Assembly: GCF_009914755.1 (NCBI RefSeq)
Contig: NC_060925.1
DNA: 64,000 nucleotides
Origin: the human T2T-CHM13v2.0 reference genome, Homo sapiens
Direction: 5' to 3' (one strand)
Position numbers and translations under genes: made by a program. Within the stretch, counting starts at the first letter, position 1, and each line of letters starts with the position of its first letter. A model generated the notes under the pieces. It was not told the DNA's origin and did no database searches. It saw nothing but the letters and a program-made list of their open reading frames with translations. Of this stretch, positions 43,855-56,335 are shown one piece after another.

Positions 43855-44360
43855 TTTTTTTATCGTAAAATATACATAACATAAAATTCACCATTTTATC
43901 CGTTTTAAAATATACACTTCAGTAGTGGCATTAAGTACATTTTTGTGCGACATCACCACTATCCATCTCCAGGACTTTTTCGTCACCTCAAATGGAAACT
44001 CTGTACCCACTAAACAATAACTCCTCCCCATTCCACACTCCAGCTCCTAGCAACCACTATTCCACTTTCTGTCTCTATGAATTTGACTGTGACTGTTCTA
44101 AGTACTTCATATAAGCAGAATCATACAATATTTGTTTTTTGTCCTTATTTCACTTAGCAAAAAGTTTTCAAGGTTCGTCCATGCTGTAGCATTTATCAGA
44201 ATTTCCTCCCTTTTAAGGCTGAATAATATTCCATCATATGTATTACCACATTTTGTTTAGCCATTCATCTGTCAGTAGACATTTGGATTGTTTCTACATT
44301 TTGGCTGTTGTGAATAATGCCATTATGAATATTGATGTACAGATATTTGAGTCTGCTTTC
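43855..44360 (-). mobile_element. L1 3' end fragment (L1MB-like)
   Basis: tacataacataaaattcaccatttta...catcaccactatccatctccagga...ccactattccactttctgtctctatgaatttgact. Confidence 0.85.
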
Positions 44361-44644
44361 TGTCATTCAATTTTGTGTTTTATTTTTATGTAAAATTACC
44401 AATATCATTCACTATTATTCTACCATGATCTTTATAGAAGGGTTTTTCCAGATAGATTGCAAATGCCATTATGGTGCAGTGCCACTCATCCTAAGATATA
44501 ATATAAAAATCTACTGTTTCTATGTCAAAGATGGATAAGTTAAGCTTCCCAAGAGTGAAAAGAATGTCATTTTAGCCATTTAACTGTGACATGAAATAAT
44601 ACTATTTGAGACATGGACCTTTTCAACTTGTTATAATGACAACA

Positions 44645-44995
44645 TTTTTTTTTTATTTGACAAATAATAGTTATGTATATTTATGGGGTACAATGCGATA
44701 TTTCTATACATGTATACATTGTAGAATGATCAAATCAGGCTAATTAACTTATCCATCACCTCAAATACTTATCATTTCTTTGTGGTGAGAACATTTAAAA
44801 TCCACTCTTTTAGCTATTTTGTAATATACAATATGTCGTTAACTGTAGTCACCATGCTATGCAGTAGATTGCCAGAACCTATTCTTCCTGTCTAACTGAA
44901 ACTTTTACCCTTTGACCAACGTCTCCCCTTACCTCATTCTCCCCTGGCCCGCAGCCTCTGGTAAGCACCATTTTACTTTCTACTTCTATTAATTA
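44645..44995 (-). mobile_element. L1 3' end fragment (L1MA-like)
   Basis: tatatttatggggtacaatgcg...catcacctcaaatacttatcatttctttgtggtgagaacatttaaaatccactct. Confidence 0.85.
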
Positions 44996-46987
44996 ACTGA
45001 ACTGTTGATAATATATTTAGACCTGTCTTTTAAACAGCTGCAATACCTATTGTGTTTTGACCTTCATGCTTTTCCTGTCTTCACTTATTTCAAGGTCAGT
45101 GTGAACCAAGATTGATTGACCTTTGCTTTCAAATGGTGCATGTACTGAAGAGCATAAAATGTATAGATAGTACTCATGCTATAACCAGTAACACTATATT
45201 AGAGCTCCACACCTAGTATGCCTTGATTGAATTTGCTTGCCCACAAGTTTGGAATCCAAATAGCAAGAGGTCTGACTAGAGCCCTGAGATTCTGCCTCCC
45301 AAGGGCTCCTCAGAGCATATTTATCGGATTCACTTAGGGATATCTTTCTAGTAAAGATGATCAGTTTCTAAGCATAAAACTGATCATCTTTTTTCTTTAG
45401 AGGACTTGATTTAAACTCTGGTATATCTAAATGGTTTGGGCAGTGGAGCCTGGTATTTCAAGCTCTTTCTTCGAGAATTGTGCAATAATGCAAAGTCTAG
45501 AGTGGTGTCCTGGTCATGTCTCTGTGACTAATTAGCCATGTAACCTTAATCAAATAACACTCTCCTGGACCTGTTCCCTTACCTATAGAATGAGAGGGTA
45601 GGTGAGTTCTAAGCTTTACAAGTATATGATGGATTTTTGGTTTTTCAGAGTGAGCTAATTTGATAAAACAACATTATAGGAAAGGCAAGGTTAATGAAAG
45701 TCTTAAATTGGTACTTAACTGTTTTCTTATTGTTTTTCTAGTAATCCTAGATGCTTGGGTTGCTGCCGTACATCTGCTCAGTAGCATAGCCCTTGGTGGT
45801 TATATAGTTGTAAAATTACAATTAAAATGAGATATTAAAAGGTTGTTTCTCATTCAGTTCTACACTGGAAAAGGAGAGTTGAAGGTCCAGATAGCAGTAC
45901 ATAAAGGTGAAAGGAGGTTAGGACCACACCTACGTTTGCCTGTTTCCTAGACCTTTCTCAGTAACTATGGTGGTATTTGTACACCTGTTGCCCTCATCTG
46001 TCATATTTTGTGTGTTTATTTGACTCAGTCCTTTGGCAGGCATAATCAGAGTAAAAAATGGATACTTTCTGTTCCTATTTAGTGCAGAACATTAACCTCT
46101 ACCAGTCTAGGTAATTTAGATTTTTGATTATTTTATGTCTACTAGGCTCATTTTAAGGATTTCATATTAAGCCCTCATGTTGAAGGGTTACTGAATGGCA
46201 AAAGCTGTGAAGTCAGCTATTTCTAAATAAAGTTGTAAACAGAATAGCAGCAGGGAAATGGAAAGCAAAGTACTACAGGTTTTTGTGACTCAGCATCACT
46301 TACTCTCTCAAGGACAGTAAATAGGAAACCGGAGAGCAAGCTTCCTTTTTGGTAAGATTTATGATCCTGCTGGTGATATGTAGTCAGATGGTTTGGCCTT
46401 GTATTTTTGGTCCCTATCACATGATTTGCCACCTTGATCTAGCTGTCTCATCTCAGGGAGAAATGGAGGCAGAGAGAATTTGTGGCGGTGTAAGAGAGAA
46501 AGTAACCTGAGTGAGTAAGTTGGGCCAGGGAGATGCAGCAGAGCACTTGGCAGGCATGTTGGCCCAGGTACCTGGAGCAATAGAGAGCCTTCTTTATTCA
46601 TCTGGATTTAAAGTCTAATTCTTTGTTCTTCCCCAAGGAAGGGTGAGGCAAAAACTGACGCTATTTCTACTATCCCAGGAAAAGAGATGGCCAACCTGCC
46701 TTTTAGGAAAGAATTAATTGACATGCTTATCCTAAGTCAGTTCTATCTCCATCTCCTTGCTAAAGACAGCTGGTACAACTGGTAGTTAAGGCAGAGGCCA
46801 TGAGTGTTTGCGAAGGGCTGTTGTGATTTCTTTTGGGCAGGAATGCCTCTTTAATGTGGTAGGAAAGAATGACAAATGAGCCAGCTTTGGGGTACATTTA
46901 GAATTGCTGGCATCTTGCTTTTGTAAATGTCAAATTGAAACACATCAAAAATTTCATATCAACTCTGTTGATCAAATTCTTCCTAAA

Positions 46988-47283
46988 GCTGGGTGCAGTG
47001 GCTCACGCCTGTAATCCCAGCACTTTGAGAGGCCAAGGCGGGTGAATTGATTGAGTCCAGGAGTTCGAGGCCAGCCTGGGCAACATGAAGAGAGCCTGTC
47101 TCTACAAAAAATACAAAAATTAGCTTGGGCACGGTGGCACGAACCTATAGTCCCAGCTACTTGGGAGGCTGAGGTGGGAGAATTCCTTGAGCCCGGGAGG
47201 TCAAGGCTGCAGTGAACCACGATCACACCACTGTACTCCATCCTGGGCAACAGACTGTGACCTAGACTTAAAAAAAAAAAAAA
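46988..47283 (+). mobile_element. Alu (AluJ-like)
   Basis: Full dimer; TSD aaa(t)tcttcctaaa. Confidence 0.93.
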
Positions 47284-47729
47284 TCTTCCTAAAGTTTGGG
47301 TATTTGGTTAGGAATCCACAAGACAGATGTTTGATTAACCCCACCAAGAGACAGATGTCAAAGGGGACTGTAGAAGAATTGGAGCCTGTTTCAGTGCCAA
47401 TATAATGACTGAAGTGTGTTGTTGCCCTTATTATGTGGGATATACATATAAAATTGATCCAATGGAAAACAAGAAGAAAAGGAGAGGTAATGTTTGCAAG
47501 ACATTTGAGATAATTTGTAGAACACTTGAGTCTCTCAGGATTGTTATAGGAAGAAAATGTGTTAGATATTTGAAGGGTCTGTCTTTAGCAAAAGGATTCT
47601 AAATGACTAAGAAAACTTCTTTAAAATTGAACTCTTCCCCCGACCGTATGCTTCTACTGCTCTCTCAATTCTTCTTTCTCTCTTCATCCCCTCTTCATCC
47701 ACCCCTCCCTCCCATTATGGGCTTCTCTG

Positions 47730-48340
47730 GTCTCTGAACAAAAGATATGGCACCTGCCTTCAAGGATCTTATAAAACACAGGGGAAAGAAAGAAGCATAA
47801 ATAATAAGTAGGGCAGAATGTGGCAAGTGTTATAAAGTACAACTGGAGTATGGTGAGCATACAAAGGAGAGATCTGAGGAGCTGCAGGAAGCCTTCCTGT
47901 ATAGGAGCAGGACCTTGAAGTGTAGATAGGATTTTTAAACATAAGATTTTTTTTTCCTTTTTTTATATTTTGTTTGGAGAGAAGGAAAATTCTCGGGGGG
48001 ACAAAAAGACTGTTGTGTATAAAGGCATGGAGATGGGAAAATGGAAAGCTATGCGTATTCTGTTTTGGCTGGTTCGTAGATAACGTGAATTTAAAAGGTA
48101 GGTTGGGGCCAGGTTAAATGCCATGCTGAGACATTTGGACTTCATTCTCTAGGTTGTGGGGAACTAGTGACGTTTCTTGGAGAGCTGGCATTATTGCAGC
48201 CTACAGTTAAAAGAGATAATTTTAGGGTTAGAATGGAGAATAAATTGGAGAAAGAGAGATTAGAGGCAGGGAAAGCAGTTTGGAGTTATTGCAGAAATTC
48301 AGGCAAGAGATAAAGTCCGCAGTTAAGGTGGTAGAATATA
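47730..48340 (-). mobile_element. L2 fragment
   Basis: cctgccttcaaggatctta...gacatttggacttcattct...gaggcagggaaagcagtttggagttattgcag. Confidence 0.6.
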
Positions 48341-48751
48341 AATGAGGGGGTACTTAATCATCCTCATCTATTTCTCTCAAGTGTATAGAGGTAGAGTGTT
48401 CCTATCAAATAATTGCTTTCCCTTTTTCTTGAAGTCAGTTTATACTAGGAGATTATGGACTGTTGTTTGTAAAATCACCCCCAAGGAATCACCAGAGAGA
48501 GACAAACCAGGAAAACTTATACACTTTTTCCCCCATTGGTTGATAATGATATTCACTATTCAGAGCTTAAAACCCCTGGGTCCTAACTCACTCTTTGATC
48601 ATTTTGTGGCACTTTTTCCCACATTTTGCTTTAAATAGTTGGTTTGCTTTCTATTTGGATAGTGTTCTGATCTTTGCTCTTAGAAGACATTACATCCTGC
48701 CAGGTGACTTCTCTCTTTGTACCAGACCTCTGACATACATTTAGCTTAGCT

Positions 48752-49050
48752 CAGTGGTTCTCAAAAAGTGGTCCCCAATCTGGGTCAAGGGAATATGGAT
48801 GATTTTTCCTCTTCTTGCAACTTTTCTTTAAATTTGAAATTATTTCCAAATAAAAGCTTTAGGAAAATGAAAAAAATAAGTGATCCCCAGGTCATCAACG
48901 TTAGGATTACCTGAGAATTAGTTAGAAATGCAAATGCTTGTCCTCATCCCAAACCTATTGAATTGGAACTCTGAGGGCTGCCACAGCGGTCTGTGTTTTA
49001 ACAAGCCCTTTCAGATGATTCTGATGCTTGCTCAAGTTTGGGAGCTACTG
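48752..49050 (+). mobile_element. MER5A DNA transposon interrupted by a ~100-bp L1 3' end (48777-48874)
   Basis: cagtggttctcaaa...gttagaaatgcaaat...ctgtgttttaacaagccct...agtttgggagctactg; insert flanked by aaaaagtggtcccc / aataagtgatcccc. Confidence 0.85.
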
Positions 49051-52000
49051 GCTTTGTTTGAATTCAGGTTATCGCCTCTGCCTTGCCTGATCATGGGCAT
49101 CCTACCCTGTGGTATATGTTTTGAGTTTGAAGACATTTTCAGTGTTTATCATATTTCCTAGGAAGCTTGCCCAGGAGTCCTTGTGTCGGTGGGAAAGGGT
49201 GATAGGAGAAGATAGATAATGAAGACAAGGAGGAAGGGAAAAGACAAGGGGATCAGGCAGTTGGATAAAGAGAAAATCGGGGCAAAATGAAGAGCACTTG
49301 ATGGGCAGTGGTTCAGTTCCCCCAAAGAGATTCAGGCAGTCTGTCAGAGTTACTTGTAATCAAATAACTCACCCTTTGTAGACAGCTTCTGTTACCCATT
49401 TCAGAAATAGATGGCATAAACATCAAATTATAGTTATAATTCCTTTGATGACTTGTATAGTGTTGGGTTTTCTGCTGCTGCTTAAGCAAAACCACAGTGG
49501 AAATTCAGTATTTAGTCCCTGTGTTGTTCAAAATCTGAATGCAAAGAATCAAAACCAAGTTTGGGAAAGATACCAGAATGTTCTCATTGGATTCTGACCT
49601 TGTAGCAGAGCTGCTCTGTGTTTTCTTTAAAACTGGGGAACTCAGTGGGGGATGGTTTCTGGGTAGGCTTGGTTTTACCTTTTAAAAATGGACTTCATAG
49701 TAGTAAAGTGAAATTAGATGTTTGCTGAAGGTTAAGTGTGTATGTGTGGGGTGAGGGGAATGTGGGTGATTATCTTTCACTTTAAATTATGGATCTTTTG
49801 TTTATAAAGGGCCAAGATTATTAGATGAGATTTTTAATAAAGTATATTTTGACCTCTCAATGGGCACCTTTAAAATGTTTAGATAATCTTGTGTCTTTAA
49901 CAGGTGGGATTTCAGAGTCAGCAGTTCCTTCATCTGTCTCTATGCTGTGCCTGAACTCAGCCTTAATAATAATGTGCTGTTCTTTTTTTAAAGTGACACT
50001 ATTGCCAAAATCACCATTTGATAGAACAGGCTTTGCACTGCTTTCTTCCAGTGGTGGGCAGGGATTCCCACTAAATATCCTTCCCCTCCCCTCCCCACCC
50101 ACACACACACTGATTATGACCAGAGGCACACTCAAGTGTTTCTGGTTAGGAAATGTAGTATCTGGTGAACAGAGAGAGGCCAGTTTGATCCTAGGAGAAG
50201 CAACCCTCCAGCTGGTAAATGACCTTAAGGGGCTATTTCCCCCATCTTCAGACTGCAGAGGCCCAGGTGCTTTTCACCACATAGTCTGTCTCTTATTCTC
50301 ACTTGCGCGTATACCTGTCCTTCAAGTGTAAGGCTCCGAGTAACTCTTCATAAACATGATATGGGGGAAAGGGGACACTGGATAGAATTTGCTATTTTGA
50401 GAACATGCTTTTTATTGTCATCTCTTCCTTCAAACCCTAAACTGGGGTTCAGCCCACCCTTTCTGGGCCATGCCTCCACCTAATGTGATTAGGGCAGGGC
50501 CTGAAGCCTCTATCAGGCAGGTACTTCCTTACCAGCAGAAGTCACAGCAAGGCACAGGGCTGCCTTTTGCCTGCACCCCATTCCTGTGAGCAGAACACCC
50601 CTGATCATACCTTTCCTGATTATAGACTGTGATCTGCATCTCGCCCTTGCCATTTAGTTGGCCTTGCTGGCATTGGTAAATCTTGGCACCCAGAGAGCAG
50701 GGAGCGACAGCCATCCTGATGTTGCCACTCTCTGTCCCTCTGCTGCAGATTTAAGCTATATCCCGTAGCTTATCTCCACTGTGGGCTATCATGGTTTGAG
50801 GGAAAGGAGGGGAGAGCAGTTGCTGCCTGCTGCAGCTGTCTCCTTTTGAATCAACCACCCCCACTCCCCAGGTGCCAAAACAACTCGCTGGGTTTAGAAT
50901 GCTCCCGTCTCTACCTCTCCCGCCCATTGCAGCATTGGTAGCAGCTTTCCAACGAGTCTTTTGTTGTGGAAGCTCTAAATCCATGGTAGGGAAATTACCA
51001 AGAGACTCTTCCACAGTCTGCCCTCCCTCCCCTTGCTCCGTCTCTTTCTTTCCTTCCTTTGTCTCCTTCCGTAGCTAGGGTCAGAATCCCTAGCCAGACT
51101 GAGAACATGGTTGCTATTCCAGGACCCAGATGCCAATATGTGGCAGCATCTGGCTTATTGGCAAGCATTGCCGGCAGTTGTGCTGGCTGCTCCTCGGCCT
51201 GTCATGTGGCTGAGCCTACTGATGGGGGCCCTGTCACAAAACGGAGTTTCTTTGAGAATATGGTTTCAACCAAGGAGCCCACCAGAAAACAATGAGCTGT
51301 GCGGAGAGGACATGAATTATTGGGCAGGGTGACTGCGGACTATAGCTTTGATGCTGATCCTGGACCTGTTTTGCAAAAGTTTCTGTTTCATGTTGTTGAG
51401 ACGGCTCCTTGTGTAACCTTACCTTCTTGTGCTGTTAGTGTTTCAGGTGCCTTAAGGCATGGAACTCCTTGAAAGAGAAACACAAATCACTAAAAATGTT
51501 GAGATAAAATCCTGCTCCTCAGAGGCGCCTGCTTGGCACAGGGAGCGCATGATAACAGCTTGCTTTAGAAAGGTGACATTTCTGCTGAAGGCTGAATAAT
51601 AAAAAATGCATTTTAAAAACTCAGCTCTTCCGTTTCTTCTGATGGTTGACTTTTGGAGTGAAGGCCATTTCTTCTATGCGAAGGGTCTTTCCGAGGCTAG
51701 CCTCTCTAGCCCTCAAGCATGGCCATATTAACTCTTGTCATCATTGATGAGGCTCTGGAGCTTTTAAAATTAATTAGCACATAATAAGGCTTTAAATACT
51801 TTTTTCAAGGTGCGAACACTGAGTGCTCTGAAATGTGTCAAACACTGTCCAAGGCATGGAGGGGTAGAGACAGAGATGAAGAACACAGGGTTTCTGCCTT
51901 CGAGGATGCAGGTTATTGGTGACCAGATTACATATGCTTTCGTTATTTGATTTCTATACAACCTGTACAATTAGGGCAAATGATATGCTCTGTGTTTTAC

Positions 52001-53299
52001 AAATGGAGAAACTAAGGTCCTAGGAAGTTGACTTATTCCAGTTGGCATGGCCAGCTAATAAGATCTGTGATTGGAAACTAGATGGTTGTAGTTCTGCTTC
52101 ACTAAGTGGATGTACATTGAATTCTTGGTTATACATTCCTAAGGGCAGGAACTGTGTCTAACTTTCGGCAGCTCTGCTCACAACTAACAACCTCTACTCG
52201 CTCCGTACATCTCCCTTCCCAAACACATACATGCTATAATACAGGGACTCTGCGAAACTGAGGCCTGTGACAGACTGAGGGAAGGAACCAAGAAGAAGCA
52301 AAAATTAGCTCAAATTAAAAGATGTGCTGCTGCTCCTGCTGTTGCTGGGAAGATAGCAAAGATGGCGGTAGCATACTGCCCACATAATCCCCCACAAAAG
52401 CATGCAGAGCAACTGGATAGCAAAATAAATTCGTAGACAACATTTGCAACAAAACTAGGTGACAAAACATTAATCCCAAAGTACAAGCAGTTGGGGACGA
52501 AATACCTGCAAGACTTGCATGGTATGTGAGAGAGAGAAGGAAGCAATAGTGTAACTTCTAACTTGACCTGAGAACAGGAGAACCCCAAATAGCCAACTGG
52601 TGTTCACTGGGAAGCTCAGTGGCCCAATTTGAGAGCAGCAACTGAAGGTGGAAGGTGTTTTGCCCACTCTAACACCTGGTAAGTGCTAAGAGCTCGAGAT
52701 AGGGGGGATTAGAGGGCTGACCTTTGAACTCTCAAAATTGACCTGCCAGCACTGCCTTCTAGTGCTGGGCCCTATGCTTAGGAGGGATTGCTGGGAGTGG
52801 AATTAAAAGGGAATAGTCTAGGGACAAGAGAAGGGTCCAGAGCAAAGGAAGGGAAGAACAGTTGGGAAATTTCAGAAAGCAAGATGTCATGCTTTAAAAA
52901 ACCACCAAAACAACAGAAGAGGGAGCTTGGTGAAGTTAGAAATGTTTTTTTTTTACTTAACTCACTTTATTCTCATAGTTGAGGAAAACTAATTTCATGT
53001 AAAAATGCACAACAGAAAAGAATCAACATTAAGTGCCACTCAAAGATAACAAAAAAGAGAAATAGGAACAGAATAATACCTTTACAAATAAAGGTAGCAT
53101 TCCAGAAAGATGTGTTCACAAAACAGAGTAAAACTAATAATTACAAAATGAGCTGAAAGATATTTTAAAAAGTATAGAAGACATGAACCAAGAAAAATTA
53201 GAAAGCTCAGAAATGAGTTGACAACTCAGGAAAAAATTAGAAATTAAAGAAATATTATTTCAGAAATGAAGACTAAATTAGAGGGCAAAAGAGTGAATA

Positions 53300-53592
53300 G
53301 GCTGGACACACTGGCCCATGCCTGTAATACCAACACTTTGGGAGCTTGAGGCCAGTGGATTGCTTTGGCCGGGAGTTTGAGACCAGCCTGGCCAACATGG
53401 CGAAACCGTGTCTCTACTAAAGTACAAAAAAACCGAGCATGGTGGTGCACACCTGTAATCTCAGCTACTCAGGAGGCTGAGGCACAAGAACAGCTTGAAC
53501 CAATGAGGTAGATGTTGTGGTGAACTAAGATCTTGCCACTGCACTCTAGCCTGGGTGACAGAGCAAGACTTGGTCTCAGAAAAAAAAAAAAA
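53300..53592 (+). mobile_element. Alu (AluS/J-like)
   Basis: Full dimer; agtgaata duplicated on both flanks. Confidence 0.92.
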
Positions 53593-54103
53593 GTGAATAA
53601 ATACAACAGAAGTATGAATCAACACAACAGAAATATAAGTTGAAAAGGAATTTAAAAAATTTTTTAAGTAAAAAGGATTGAAAAGAAAGTGCCAGATATT
53701 GAAGTAGGCAAAGAAGATGGAACTTGTTTAGTAGATCACAAAGAAAACCAATGCAAGGGAACTGAACTAATAAAAACTAATTCAAGAAAACTTCTGAAAT
53801 TTAAAAAAAAGCACCATATGAAAAAAGCACACTGCATAACTGAGAGTGTTTACAGTATGACTAATACCAAAAAAAGGAAAAAGTACTTTGAGCTTCTAGA
53901 AGAAAAAGCACATGATTTACAAGGGAAAACATTTCTAGTTACACTTCTCAACAGCATTTTATAGAAGGGCAAAAGTAAAAGAACATTTAAAATACTCAGT
54001 GAAAGAAAGAGAGCCAAGGATTTTATATCCAGCAAAACTGACTTTTAAGTATAAAGGGCACATGTGGTTATCAACATGGAGAAACTCAGAAAGTATTTTT
54101 CCC

Positions 54104-54471
54104 TGTCTTAGTTTGGACTACTATAACAAAGCGCCATAGACTGGATGACTTATAAACAACAAAAATTTATTTCTCACAGTTGCGGAGTCTGCAAGTCAGA
54201 TAAGGGTACCAACATGGTTGGGTTCTGGTGAGGGCTGCCTTCTGGGTTGTAGACGCCGGCTTGCTGTGTCCTCACACAGGGGAGAGCAGAGAGAGGAAGC
54301 AAGCTCTCTGTGACCCTTAAAAGGACACTAATCCCATTCATGGGGGCTCTACCCTTATGACCTCATCTATCCTAATTACCTCCTGAAGGCCCCATCTCCT
54401 AATGCTGTCATACTGGGGGGGTAGGATTTAAGCATGAATTTTGGGAGAACACAAAGATTCAGTCTATTGCA
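54104..54471 (-). mobile_element. MLT1A-type MaLR solo LTR
   Basis: tgtcttagttt...aaatttatttctcacagtt...ctaatcccattcatg...ttcagtctattgca; ttccc repeated on both flanks. Confidence 0.88.
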
Positions 54472-54761
54472 GTTCCCACGAGTTCTTCGTAAGAAACCTA
54501 GTAGAGAATGTATTGTAGACAACTGAAATGAGAAAGACCTTAGCATACAAACTAAAGAATTAAAGTTACCTGTAGAAATATGACTAAAGGAGGACTAAGA
54601 AGGAGACAGCACAGTGTGTAATGGCTATATGCTCTGACCATGTAATAGAACTGCTTTTCTTAATGGAGAAAGTAGCAAGAGTATATGCAAACGATTTGCA
54701 ATGTTTTTGGTAATCTTGGTGGTGGTGGTATTGTTATTTTGAGATTTACTGTGTCATGTGG

Positions 54762-55094
54762 TGCTATGATCTGAATCTTGGTGTCCTCACAAAATTCCTG
54801 TGTTCAAACCTAATACCCAAAGCAGTAGTATTAAGCTGTGGGGCTTTGGGGGAAGTAATAATTAAGTGGTAAATGGGACTAGTGCTCTAATAAAGGAGAT
54901 TAAAGAAAGCTGCCTAGCCCCTTCCACCATGTGAGGATGCAGCAAGAGAGCACCGTCTTTGAAGCAGAGGGCAAGCCTTCACCAGACACTGAATCTGCTG
55001 GCACCTTGGTTCTGGGCTTCCCATCCTCCAGAACTGTAAGCAAAAGAATTAAGTTGTTTATAAATTACCCAGCCTAAGGCAGAACCGTCTGACG
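54762..55094 (+). mobile_element. MLT1A0/MST-type MaLR solo LTR
   Basis: tgctatgatctgaat...ccccttccaccatgtgagga...caccagacactgaatctgctggcaccttg...ctccagaactgt. Confidence 0.88.
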
Positions 55095-56301
55095 TGGGAC
55101 AAAACAGATAATATTGGAATGTCATAATTCTGCCATGTCTTCTGCTTTTAAGAACCAGAATGAAAGAGTCTGATGTTGTCGAGAAGTGGTTATGTAAAAA
55201 CTGAGGATAGAATTTGAATAGAAATTCTCAATATAAATGTATGAGATGTTTTTATCTTTGAATCAATAATATTTCCTAGTTTATCCTACTGAAAGCCCTT
55301 AGAAACAGTGTCCAACTTAGCAGAGAGTGTATCTAGAACCCAGATTGTGGTTTTGAAAAACTGCTTTATTCTAAAAGAAATTAGGGCTTCTTGGAGCAAT
55401 AACTGTGGTGCAGGAAGTTTACAAAATGCAGCTGAAACATTTTATAAGATAACACAGAAACTATCAAAGATTTTTGGGGTCATGGCAAAAGGACTCAGAG
55501 CCTCCTACTGGCCACAGGTGGGACAATTTGACCTTCAAAAATAATAATTGATACATCCTATATATTTAAATGCACAACTTGACATTAAAAAGAATTGATC
55601 ACCTTTGGAGAATTACAGGGAACCAATTCGCTATCTTGAAATCTGGGAAATGAAGGGATTCAAGCATTTATCCTGATTTTTATGTGAACTATACCACTGA
55701 GTATCCAAATAATGAGAGGTAGAGTGTCTTTATAAAACTATTCCAGCTACAGAATGAAAAAGAAGTGATAGAATATTCCCATTTTGCAGTCTTCAATGGA
55801 TGGATACAGGCATTAAGCCTCAGTGGTTGGTAAGATCACAAAAAGACAATCAGACAGGAGCCTCCTGTAGTATTGCCAGACACCACCTTGCTAAAGGGAT
55901 ACAATCTGGGTTTGAAACTGATGTGGATCAAGCTGCTAGCTTGCAGGAAATACAGAAGGCACAGAAACATGTTGACTGCCACCATGAGTATGCAGTTGGC
56001 AACAGACACTGTGGGCAACTATAGGACAAATAGTCTGGGTTCTTTAACAGGTAATTTGTAAAGAAATGAAAAGTAGGTAAGAGGAACCAATAGATTAAGA
56101 AATAATTGAAAGATATATTTTTAAGAAGTATTTTTAAGAAGTGAAAGACTAAACAATAGTATCTAGAGATGCACATTTGGGTGATAAAATGATTTTTAAA
56201 ATGCAAAGAAATGAGAACTATAACAGGATCATTGGTGCATTGGGGGAAGGAAGATTATGATTGGTTGGGGCACATGAAGGAACTTCTGGGGTGCCTATAC
56301 A

Positions 56302-56302
<1 letters not shown>

Positions 56303-56333
<31 letters not shown>
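56303..56333. repeat. (TG)n microsatellite, ~15 units
   Basis: Perfect tg run. Confidence 0.97.

Positions 56334-56335
<2 letters not shown>

Larger units (their letters stand above)
52350..56300 (+). mobile_element. Ancient L1M relic (5'/ORF1-like part plus L1MC/ME-type 3' region), interrupted by an Alu and two MLT1 LTRs
   Basis: aagatggcgg 5' motif; ORF1-like aaggattttatatccagcaaaactgactttt; 3' caggaaatacagaaggcacagaaacatgtt...ctgtgggcaactataggacaaa. Boundaries approximate. Confidence 0.65.

Noticed and set aside
49825-50331. 168-aa ATG ORF
   Set aside because: No homology I can recognise and non-coding-like composition.
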